64,000 bases of DNA from a virus. Both the position numbers and the translations under genes were made by a program. The stretch spans positions 1 through 64,000 of the IMG/VR virus record IMGVR_UViG_3300032516_000019. One strand, 5' to 3'. Under the pieces are notes generated by a model that ran no database searches, was not told where the DNA came from, and saw only the letters and a program-made list of their open reading frames with translations. Shown piece after piece: positions 1 through 7,642 of the stretch; the first letter of the stretch is position 1, and each line of letters starts with the position of its first letter.

Positions 1-60
1 CTCTAAACAATCACCGTTGTAAATGCAATTTTTTTGTATGTTATTTTTTCCTCTTTCCAT
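1..60. repeat. Direct repeat A, copy 1. Identical to 1354-1413, the first 60 nt of the MTase CDS including the ATG. Implies a second MTase-like gene start running leftward out of the window.
   Basis: Exact 60/60 nt identity seen in the sequence. On the minus strand it encodes MERGKNNIQKNCIYNGDCLE. Confidence 0.9.
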
Positions 61-250
61 CATCTTCCGAATTAATCCATTCTACAAACTCCCTCGGATA
101 ACTCTCTTCTTCTCTTATCTGTGATTCAAGAGCAGATATTTGAGATTCAAATTTATCGTACATATCCATAGGAATTACAAATTTGTATTTTAGTATTTCC
201 GGAATGTACTCTTTCAGCTTTTCTACATATTTCTTTTCGGTTGCGTTCAT
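41..250 (-). CDS. Hypothetical small protein. Its C-terminus runs into repeat A in a different frame.
   Basis: 69-aa ORF. No recognisable motif. Confidence 0.3.
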   Translation of the reverse strand: MNATEKKYVEKLKEYIPEILKYKFVIPMDMYDKFESQISALESQIREEESYPREFVEWINSEDDGKRKK

Positions 251-519
251 GGCAGAATGAATTTAAAGAGATGGAATACTAATGCTCCGCCTCTCATTTG
301 GAATGATCCGATATAAGACATATTTGAACTTTCATTAATTTCATGTCCTGTACCTGCCAGTCGGAATTTATAAGGGAATAGTTCACCTGTAGGATTTACA
401 AGTGCCCAGATAAATGGCTCCCCGTTTTGTATTTGAACTGTTAATATCTGAGCATTAACAGGCATTTTCACTATTTGCTCATCTATTATTAACAATGGAT
501 ATTTATAAACTCTTTTCAT
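247..519 (-). CDS. Hypothetical protein
   Basis: 90-aa ORF with a start/stop overlap to the downstream ORF. No motif recognised. Confidence 0.4.
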   Translation of the reverse strand: MKRVYKYPLLIIDEQIVKMPVNAQILTVQIQNGEPFIWALVNPTGELFPYKFRLAGTGHEINESSNMSYIGSFQMRGGALVFHLFKFILP

Positions 520-554
520 CTTATTGTTATTGATTGTTATGGGTTAAAAAGTTC

Positions 555-636
555 ATTCGTTTATTTAATTCATTATGTACATATTTATGAATAATCAAAA
601 TAGAGAAAATGAGCTAATGATGTGACTCGTTTTTTC
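555..636. repeat. Direct repeat B-C, copy 1. Matches 1415-1478 except for a 16-19 nt insertion at 600-618.
   Basis: 555-599 matches 1415-1459 and 616-636 matches 1458-1478, both exactly. Confidence 0.9.
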
Positions 637-1413
637 TATCTCCCATGCTTTAATACGTGCTTCGGCTATGTCAAAATATTTTTTATCTTTTTCTATGCAG
701 ATATAATTCCTTTTTGTATTTATGCATGCTATCGCAGTTGTACCACTTCCTGCACAGTTGTCTAATACAAGGTCGCCTTCGTTGGTGTAGGTCTTGATGA
801 GGTACTCAAAGAGGGCTACTGGTTTTTGGGTGGGGTGAAGTGTACCAAGTCTATTCGGAACGCTTGCAAATTTTTTTATTGTTGTTGGTTTTCGCAACCT
901 TTCTATTTTCTTTAATTCCGTTTTTGGCATACCAGTAGTTGAATTGCCGTGATTTCTGTAAGAACCCAAATTTTCACCGCTTGCAAACCTTTTAATGCTT
1001 GATTCTGTAAATCCCTCTCTTTCTTCGTGTATTGCATTAAATGTTTTTATTTTACCAAACACCAAGACTTGTTCGTGATTTCTCATTGGTTGTGTGGTAA
1101 AAGCAACTCCAGAGGGTTTTGATTTATGCCAAATCCACTCACAATGAAAAAGATTCATATTGCTGTTTATCAAAATGGTGGTAAATGGTTGTGATGCGGT
1201 TAATACTATTGCACCATTATTTTTTATGATTCGCTTATATTGCTCCCAAAGTGGTTTAAAAGGGATTATAGTGTCCCACTTACAAGCGGTAGTCCCATAG
1301 GGCAAATCACAAAGTATCATATCAATGCTCTTATCAGGAATCAAAGGCATTAACTCTAAACAATCACCGTTGTAAATGCAATTTTTTTGTATGTTATTTT
1401 TTCCTCTTTCCAT
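595..1413 (-). CDS. DNA methyltransferase, beta-class amino-MTase (N6-adenine or N4-cytosine), orphan with no cognate restriction enzyme seen
   Basis: Motif IV DLPYG near the N-terminus and motif I DNCAGSGTT near the C-terminus, which is the beta-class order. The true ATG is at 1413. The ORF track extends to a TTG at 1458 through the repeat. Confidence 0.85.
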   Translation of the reverse strand: MERGKNNIQKNCIYNGDCLELMPLIPDKSIDMILCDLPYGTTACKWDTIIPFKPLWEQYKRIIKNNGAIVLTASQPFTTILINSNMNLFHCEWIWHKSKPSGVAFTTQPMRNHEQVLVFGKIKTFNAIHEEREGFTESSIKRFASGENLGSYRNHGNSTTGMPKTELKKIERLRKPTTIKKFASVPNRLGTLHPTQKPVALFEYLIKTYTNEGDLVLDNCAGSGTTAIACINTKRNYICIEKDKKYFDIAEARIKAWEIEKTSHIISSFSLF

Positions 1414-1478
1414 AATTCGTTTATTTAATTCATTATGTACATATTTATGAATAATCAAATGATGTGACTCGTTTTTTC
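1354..1478. repeat. Direct repeats A-B-C, copy 2, contiguous. This covers the MTase 5' coding start plus 65 nt upstream.
   Basis: See copies at 1-60 and 555-636. Confidence 0.9.
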
Positions 1479-2091
1479 ATGATGTTGTTATATTTGATCT
1501 TTTTGTTTTACGAGATTTCTTTACTTCAAATATTTTATCAGCATAACTGGCTAAGATTGGTTCATGAGTGACTATGATGAATTGGATACCTAATTTCTGC
1601 GATATCTGCTTTATCATAGTGGAAGCCTTCTCTTGGAAATCATCACTCAGACATTTAAAGGGTTCATCCAATATAATAGTATTTCTGGAATGCGGTTTTT
1701 GCATACTCCAGGAAGCTATTCTCAAGGCAAAGGAAGCAATATCCACCGGACCTACTCCTGACTCCTCAGCAGGATCTAATTCCATATCATCTCTTACAAA
1801 TAAAAGATCACACTCAGTTTTATTTCTACGCTGGATAAAATTAACCTTTAGTTCATAAGGATCTGGAAATACTGATTCAAGCGCCAGGGATGTGATATCA
1901 GAGATATGAAATTGTAACTGCTGCTGAGTTTTTAATCCCACTTCCCTGATGATCTCCCTTGCCTGCTCGTGGCGATGCAGACTACGCTTTGAGTCTTTTA
2001 GATCCTCCTTTAAAGAGTTCAGATTCGAGTCTAACTGCAATTTTTTCCCCTTCTGCCTCTCTAATTTGTTTCTCAATTCTTGGATTAACAT
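1477..2091 (-). CDS. sbcC: SbcC/Rad50-like ATPase, C-terminal half (degenerate signature motif, Walker B, D-loop, H-loop)
   Basis: ESGVGPVDIASFALRIA is signature-like. ILDEP is Walker B and VTHE is the H-loop. A coiled-coil N-terminal part is present. Confidence 0.65.
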   Translation of the reverse strand: MLIQELRNKLERQKGKKLQLDSNLNSLKEDLKDSKRSLHRHEQAREIIREVGLKTQQQLQFHISDITSLALESVFPDPYELKVNFIQRRNKTECDLLFVRDDMELDPAEESGVGPVDIASFALRIASWSMQKPHSRNTIILDEPFKCLSDDFQEKASTMIKQISQKLGIQFIIVTHEPILASYADKIFEVKKSRKTKRSNITTS

Positions 2092-2587
2092 CTGTTCCTA
2101 TTATTAATTGTCCTGTACCTTGTAGCATTATATCTTCTTCAATCTCTTGATATAATGGTGCTGTGGTTGTAAAATTTGCTATATAAGCTTCTCCAAATAG
2201 CTTCACATTATCATTTCTAAAAGCAATTAGAAATCGTTTATTTTCATAAAAATAATCCATTCCTTTTTCACGATCAATCCACAACATTTTAGAACAATCT
2301 ATATGCCATTCAGTAGGACCTTTTTCAAATTCCCTCCATTTTGATGCATGACTTGTTATTTCTATAAAATTTGGTTTAAGGCATAAAGAGAATTGAGTAG
2401 TTCCTCCTATTAATCCGTTATCATCAAAGATATACAATACCTTATTTGCCCACTCTCTTATTATATCAGGTGTTGGTGTAAATACTTCTGGTGGAGCAAA
2501 TTTCTTAATCTCTTTTACTACAATAGCAGGCATTGCTGCTACCACAGCAGCCCCAAAGATATTCTTTAGAAAGGTTCTACGTTCCAT
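1982..2587 (-). CDS. Secreted protein with twin-arginine (Tat) signal peptide
   Basis: N-terminus MERRTFLKNIFGAAVVAAMPAIV fits S/T-R-R-x-F-L-K plus a hydrophobic core. It overlaps 1477..2091 by 110 nt, so one of the two starts may be wrong. Confidence 0.5.
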   Translation of the reverse strand: MERRTFLKNIFGAAVVAAMPAIVVKEIKKFAPPEVFTPTPDIIREWANKVLYIFDDNGLIGGTTQFSLCLKPNFIEITSHASKWREFEKGPTEWHIDCSKMLWIDREKGMDYFYENKRFLIAFRNDNVKLFGEAYIANFTTTAPLYQEIEEDIMLQGTGQLIIGTDVNPRIEKQIREAEGEKIAVRLESELFKGGSKRLKA

Positions 2588-2832
2588 TATGTTTCTGATA
2601 ATCCTAAGCGCTGTTCAAGCTCAGCAGAGTATTCTTCCATTTGCTTTTGTATTTCGGACTTTTTAGTCCTAATCTTTCCTATTTGCTTATCTGCAGCTTC
2701 AGTGGATTCACATTTATAATTATCTTTGAGCTGTTTCAGAATAGCAGTAAGTTGTCCTTTAAGATTACTAACGGATGATTTAGCATCCTCTACTTCCGTT
2801 TTCATCTTCAATAATTCTTTCTCTGATATCAT
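2587..2832 (-). CDS. Small coiled-coil protein
   Basis: 81 aa, heptad-like and charged, with a stop/start overlap to its neighbours. Sits between the sbcC halves. Confidence 0.4.
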   Translation of the reverse strand: MISEKELLKMKTEVEDAKSSVSNLKGQLTAILKQLKDNYKCESTEAADKQIGKIRTKKSEIQKQMEEYSAELEQRLGLSET

Positions 2833-3053
2833 CTTCCTATGATTTTTACAAATTCACTTGCTTCTGATTTTGTTATCATTCCATTATCTTCCAGTTTGGC
2901 TGCTGTCTCAGGGCGAAGTGCCGGATGGACATTCCTAAGCAAGATAATAAGACTCATCTCACTAACAACCTCTTTTAAAAAGATATTGGTTGATAGCACG
3001 GCTCTTTCCAGATTGATTCTTAGCTTTTTCTTAACATCAGTTTCTTCTTTCAT
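2829..3053 (-). CDS. Hypothetical protein
   Basis: 74 aa, translationally coupled by overlapping start/stop codons. Confidence 0.4.
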   Translation of the reverse strand: MKEETDVKKKLRINLERAVLSTNIFLKEVVSEMSLIILLRNVHPALRPETAAKLEDNGMITKSEASEFVKIIGR

Positions 3054-3985
3054 AACTCTGTTGCTTTATATACGATATCCATTACAGATGATCGTACTTG
3101 GTTAGTACTCTTAAATAATTCCAAATTATCTTCAAACGAAGTTCCTATTTCCCAGTCACTATCAAACTTACTTATAAAGGCATCAATACGGGCATTCCTT
3201 TTATCGCGAACTATAAGGTGTTCCCTTGATATCACATCATCCATGACGTTTAAATACACTGGCTCTACCGTATTGGTATCGGCATCCCACAGATAAACTC
3301 TTGGCTTAAAATCAATCTGATCTGCTTCCTGACGGGTTAGATTTCCAGGATTAACCAGTAATCGCCCTTCATACTCAATGGTAAATGATTGATGATTATC
3401 TCCCGTGACAATCAAATCAAACTGTGGATATTTTCTTAATAATCCTTCTGCCATGCCTTTAGAGGCTCCTGGGTATGGAGATTTGAGGTAGGTCATATAA
3501 TGCCATACAAGAATAGTCCTATCAACTTCCCTATTTGGAAAGAATAAACTACCTTTCTTTGGGGACTGTCCCCAATGACATTCTTTCAATACTTTTATCT
3601 TATCTGCTACTTCTAAAGTATGTAATCCGCTTTTACTCCTTAATTCCCAACTATGTTGTGGAAGATCATGTTGTCCATAGATAGTATAAAATTGTTCAGG
3701 TAAGAAATATAAAGCTTGAGAAATCAAACCAGGAGAAGGTTTCCAATTATCAAATAGATCACCCGCATGTATTACTGGACAATCATGCTCTGCCTGTAAT
3801 GCTCTGACCTGCTCAACAGCCTTCCATTGCTCCTGATTCCAATCACCAATGAAGCAAGTAGGAGTATCTTCCCTTAGGTGCCAATCACTTGTTAATATTG
3901 CTGTTGGTTTAATCATGCTTATGTAATTTAACTGGTTGATCACATAAAGGACAGATATCAGGAAATGCCTTTTCAAATTGGGCAA
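3050..3985 (-). CDS. sbcD: SbcD/Mre11-like metallophosphoesterase nuclease
   Basis: Calcineurin-like motifs: DWHL, GDLFD and GQHD. Confidence 0.8.
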   Translation of the reverse strand: MPNLKRHFLISVLYVINQLNYISMIKPTAILTSDWHLREDTPTCFIGDWNQEQWKAVEQVRALQAEHDCPVIHAGDLFDNWKPSPGLISQALYFLPEQFYTIYGQHDLPQHSWELRSKSGLHTLEVADKIKVLKECHWGQSPKKGSLFFPNREVDRTILVWHYMTYLKSPYPGASKGMAEGLLRKYPQFDLIVTGDNHQSFTIEYEGRLLVNPGNLTRQEADQIDFKPRVYLWDADTNTVEPVYLNVMDDVISREHLIVRDKRNARIDAFISKFDSDWEIGTSFEDNLELFKSTNQVRSSVMDIVYKATEL

Positions 3986-5009
3986 GTCTGATGCTATATT
4001 TTTTCTCTTCTATTTCTAATCCTTGTTTAGTATTCTTTGCATAATTTATAAGAGCCCCAAAATCAGCTTCATACTGTTCCACTTCATTGAATTCCTGATA
4101 TAAAGATATTAATATCTTTATATCTTTTTCTGCTGCTATAATCTCTTCACATTCTTTGATTTCATTTTGAATGGCAAGTATTTGCTCAACCCGATTCTCT
4201 AAATCTTCTGATTCCTTATCTAATTCCTTTTGCTCATTTATCAATCCTAATAAAAGGTCTATCTTATGCTCAGAGTTGATGACAGCCTTATAACTATCAA
4301 TAAACTGGCTGGTTTCACAATAGTCATAATATAATAACTGGATTCCATTAAGTTGGTTGGATAATCTACGGAGCTGATCTTGCATTCCTTCCAATATCTC
4401 CAAATCTACTTCTGCCTTCTCAAGGTAATCATATTTGGATAAGTCCAGTTCTGTATCCGCTATTTTCTTAATCAATCCGGTTGCCGGTTTATCCTTCTTA
4501 GCTTCTACTCCTATGGTAGAAGTCAGGTCTCGAATCCATGAATTAACATTCTGCGTACCAATATCAATCTTGTCAAGTTTTGCTATCTTATTGAAATGCT
4601 GAGCAATAGCTCCAGGCGTCTCACTGAATAGGAAAGGAGCATCAAGTTGCCTTTGCAAATTTATTTCATTGATATTAAGAAAGTTTTGAATCTCTTCCGG
4701 AATCGAAGTACCAAAAGCCTTAAACGTAAACTCTTCTCCTTCGGCAGTAACCAGCAGATATGAATCAATTTTATCTTTACTCCGAATAATCGAACCGTCT
4801 TCAGTTCTAAGTGTAACAGATGTTTCTCCTCCCCAACGAGAACGGATGGAATCTCCATTTGGTCGGTTCCAAATAAGCCAACGCATTGCTCTAATAATTG
4901 CCGTTTTTCCTCCATCGGAACTTCCAATAATGACGTTGACGCCTGGGGAGAATTCGAGTTCTGTTTTCTCATGTGATTGAAAATTATGTATTTCTAATGA
5001 GGAGATCAT
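3909..5009 (-). CDS. sbcC: SbcC/Rad50-like ATPase, N-terminal half (Walker A, coiled coil, CxxC zinc hook at the C-terminus)
   Basis: LEIHNFQSH...GSSDGGKT P-loop. A long coiled coil follows. Ends in FPDICPLCDQP, a hook-like CPxC. Confidence 0.7.
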   Translation of the reverse strand: MISSLEIHNFQSHEKTELEFSPGVNVIIGSSDGGKTAIIRAMRWLIWNRPNGDSIRSRWGGETSVTLRTEDGSIIRSKDKIDSYLLVTAEGEEFTFKAFGTSIPEEIQNFLNINEINLQRQLDAPFLFSETPGAIAQHFNKIAKLDKIDIGTQNVNSWIRDLTSTIGVEAKKDKPATGLIKKIADTELDLSKYDYLEKAEVDLEILEGMQDQLRRLSNQLNGIQLLYYDYCETSQFIDSYKAVINSEHKIDLLLGLINEQKELDKESEDLENRVEQILAIQNEIKECEEIIAAEKDIKILISLYQEFNEVEQYEADFGALINYAKNTKQGLEIEEKKYSIRLAQFEKAFPDICPLCDQPVKLHKHD

Positions 5010-5010
5010 A

Positions 5011-5226
5011 TCAGTTTAATTTACTTTGTTCTTTTTCAATCTTCCGTTTGGCTTCCTTATAACCTTCCGCAAATCCTTCCTTCTTCCCAATCTGTTCTAT
5101 TTTATCTATATAAGCTTCAATCTCTCGAAAGAATTTAATTCCTGCCATGGCTGGATCAGTAGGGTCCATTCCTGCCAACATCCTCATCAGATCAGCTATT
5201 AAAATATCTCTTTCATTCTTTTCCAT
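5011..5226 (-). CDS. Hypothetical protein
   Basis: 71-aa ORF. Confidence 0.4.
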   Translation of the reverse strand: MEKNERDILIADLMRMLAGMDPTDPAMAGIKFFREIEAYIDKIEQIGKKEGFAEGYKEAKRKIEKEQSKLN

Positions 5227-5390
5227 ATTGATTTTTTTACGAGTTCATGTCTGGTTAAAGATAGATGATATTCCATTCCTTTATATTCAAATTCAATATC
5301 AAACTCATCCATAAGTTCCTTATCTACAAAATAAGGTATTTTTTTACATACATTTGCAAGGAATGTAGTAACTTCATCATTTGGTTCCAT
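5199..5390 (-). CDS. Hypothetical protein
   Basis: 63-aa ORF. Confidence 0.35.
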   Translation of the reverse strand: MEPNDEVTTFLANVCKKIPYFVDKELMDEFDIEFEYKGMEYHLSLTRHELVKKSIWKRMKEIF

Positions 5391-5508
5391 AATTAACTGT
5401 CAATCATTATAAATATTGGTATTATTAAAAAAAATATAGCTTGAATATCATATGTTTTCTCATTTGATAGTCCTTTATGTCGAGTAAAGGTAAAATCTAT
5501 TACCCAAA

Positions 5509-6039
5509 TCATTTTGTTATAAATTTAAGTGTAGATGATTGTAAACCAGCAACGTAATGGATGGCAAGGGCATCGGCAACGGCCTCGTCAATATATTTGA
5601 TTCCTCTCCAGTCTACCTCGTATAATGTAGAGATCATATCAATCATATCTGTTTTCGTAGCAGCTTTCTTTCCCAATACCGCCTTTTTAGCATCCTGTTC
5701 ACTATACCATTCAATTGGTATTCCAAGAGCATCTGACAAGGTCTGTCCTACTCCGGTAGCAATACCAATCATAACTGCAGCTGAAGCATTCTGACTTCCA
5801 TGAGGGAGTTCTGATAGAATATAATTTACCTTCCACTTACGAATAACATGGAGTAATCGCCTGTTTATATCAGATACTCTACGGGTTGTATCATCACTCT
5901 TCCGTATCCGACGCTTCTTTTGTTCAGGAGCCGTTTTGATACAACCTGATTCCAATATCTCATTCCTGTTATTTAATATCACAAAGCCCCAGGCGGTTAT
6001 GCTTGGATCATTTGCTAAAATGATAATATCCTCATGCAT
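5509..6039 (-). CDS. ruvC: RuvC-like Holliday junction resolvase
   Basis: ILANDPSITAWGFVIL with a catalytic Asp. C-terminal DEAVADALAIHY matches the RuvC DAADA motif. Confidence 0.75.
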   Translation of the reverse strand: MHEDIIILANDPSITAWGFVILNNRNEILESGCIKTAPEQKKRRIRKSDDTTRRVSDINRRLLHVIRKWKVNYILSELPHGSQNASAAVMIGIATGVGQTLSDALGIPIEWYSEQDAKKAVLGKKAATKTDMIDMISTLYEVDWRGIKYIDEAVADALAIHYVAGLQSSTLKFITK

Positions 6040-6238
6040 TATTTCCTTTTTTTAATATTCCTACTAAATCTTTACCATCTATGGTAAATGATACTGTCTG
6101 TCCTACGGAAGCATCACGGGCTTGCATCATAGCTTGAAATAAAAATCCTACTATCTCAAATGGTTCGCATCCCGTATGTTCTATATTTATGGATAATCCA
6201 TCACTCTCTTCCTTAATAAATACCGATACTGTTTTCAT
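6032..6238 (-). CDS. Hypothetical protein
   Basis: 68-aa ORF. Confidence 0.4.
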   Translation of the reverse strand: MKTVSVFIKEESDGLSINIEHTGCEPFEIVGFLFQAMMQARDASVGQTVSFTIDGKDLVGILKKGNNA

Positions 6239-7293
6239 CTTTTTGGTTTACGTTCTATTTTAAATGTTTTTTCTCTTTCTTCCCAAAGGTTTATTACTTC
6301 CTCTTTTAACTCCTGCTCAGCATGATCTTCTTCAATTATCCTGATGGCTTGAGCTAACTCTTTATGTAAGGTTTCTCCATTTAGAGTATATACATTATAT
6401 TTGGAATAATCCTTAATAAATTGTAAGTTCTCTCGGATATCATCAATACCATAATCAAACAATATTGTGACTGGAGCATTATGGAAAGGTTCCCAAATAG
6501 ATGATTTAAATACTTCTACTTCTACTCGAACTCCTACGATCTTAGAAATATCTTTTCCTTTGAAAGTCTTCTCTACCTTATGTTTTTTGATGATCTGAGT
6601 TTTCAAACGAACGCTGGCATAAAATCCGATTGCTTCTCCTCCAGGAGTCGTATATTTTGAGAAAGCCATAGCATCCATATTCTGTCTGATTTGATTACTA
6701 CAAACCATCAGGTAGTTTTTATCCTTTATGATACGGCAGGTCTTACGAGTTCCTTCTGAGAATTCCTTTGCCCTACGACCTCCCATTTTATCGCCATCCT
6801 TCTTCTCCATCTCCATATCAGTAGAAAGGGCTGCCAAAGAATCAGCAAATATACCATTAATAACCGTTCCATCCTGGAAGGTTGGTTTCCAGGTTCTGAC
6901 TGGCTCAAAAACCTCTGGAACAGTATCAGGATTAAAATAAGTACCCTCTGCCAATTCTAAACCAAAAAGTTTTGCGAATTGGGGATTAAGTCTTGCTTCG
7001 GGATCGTGGAAGATAAGGTCTCCACCTTGTCTTTGCACACCTCCTGCAATTTCGCTAAGGAAAACTGTTTTCCCGCTACCACTTGGACCGAATATTTCAA
7101 CCAGAATTCCCCCTGGTAAACCACCACCTCTGACTCTGCCTCCTGATAAGGCAAGATCGAGTAACGTTGATCCTGAACTGATAATTTTTCCAAAATTTCC
7201 ATCGGGATATTTTTTTACTGGTTCTATTTTAGTTGAAACTCTTTTTCTTACTTGCTCACTTAGTGGCTCTTCTTTTCTTGTTCTCTGCGTCAT
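6235..7293 (-). CDS. RecA/UvsX-family recombinase
   Basis: GGLPGGILVEIFGPSGSGKT is a RecA Walker A context. NQIR...TPGGEAIGFYASVRL resembles RecA loop 2. Confidence 0.8.
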   Translation of the reverse strand: MTQRTRKEEPLSEQVRKRVSTKIEPVKKYPDGNFGKIISSGSTLLDLALSGGRVRGGGLPGGILVEIFGPSGSGKTVFLSEIAGGVQRQGGDLIFHDPEARLNPQFAKLFGLELAEGTYFNPDTVPEVFEPVRTWKPTFQDGTVINGIFADSLAALSTDMEMEKKDGDKMGGRRAKEFSEGTRKTCRIIKDKNYLMVCSNQIRQNMDAMAFSKYTTPGGEAIGFYASVRLKTQIIKKHKVEKTFKGKDISKIVGVRVEVEVFKSSIWEPFHNAPVTILFDYGIDDIRENLQFIKDYSKYNVYTLNGETLHKELAQAIRIIEEDHAEQELKEEVINLWEEREKTFKIERKPKR

Positions 7294-7642
7294 TCCTTAA
7301 TATTGTTAGTATTGCATTAATATGTCCGAGACTCAAACCTTTACCAGTCAACTCTTCCATTACATCATGAGAGAATTCATCAAATGATATTAATCCTTCA
7401 TGGGCTTCCCTGATCTTCCACTCAACTTTTATTTGCTCTACTAAATTTAATATCAGACTATTTTCAGAATCTTTTAATCGCTGTTTCTTTATCCACTCTT
7501 CCAGTAATTCAGAAAGGATAGCAGTCTTCGTTATTTTTTTAGTCAGAATAAACAAGTTGAGATAATGATAAACTTGAGGGGGCATGGAAGCCCCTACAAG
7601 TTTATAATCTTTCCTTTTGTTTTCTGGTTTCAACACTCTCAT
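7256..7642 (-). CDS. Hypothetical protein
   Basis: 128-aa ORF. Confidence 0.4.
   Translation of the reverse strand: MRVLKPENKRKDYKLVGASMPPQVYHYLNLFILTKKITKTAILSELLEEWIKKQRLKDSENSLILNLVEQIKVEWKIREAHEGLISFDEFSHDVMEELTGKGLSLGHINAILTILRNDAENKKRRATK

Noticed and set aside
1413-1458. Extended MTase start at TTG 1458 as given in the ORF track (287 aa)
   Set aside because: The extension MIIHKYVHNELNKRI is read-through of the upstream repeat B/C, which is also found downstream of the gene as non-coding. The ATG at 1413 (MERGKNN) is the conserved start shared with the second copy at 1-60.
1568-2150. Plus-strand ORFs 1568..1858 and 1959..2150
   Set aside because: They are antisense to the well-supported sbcC C-half and Tat-protein genes in a region where every confident gene is minus-strand. 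They have no RBS and low-complexity S/L-rich composition.
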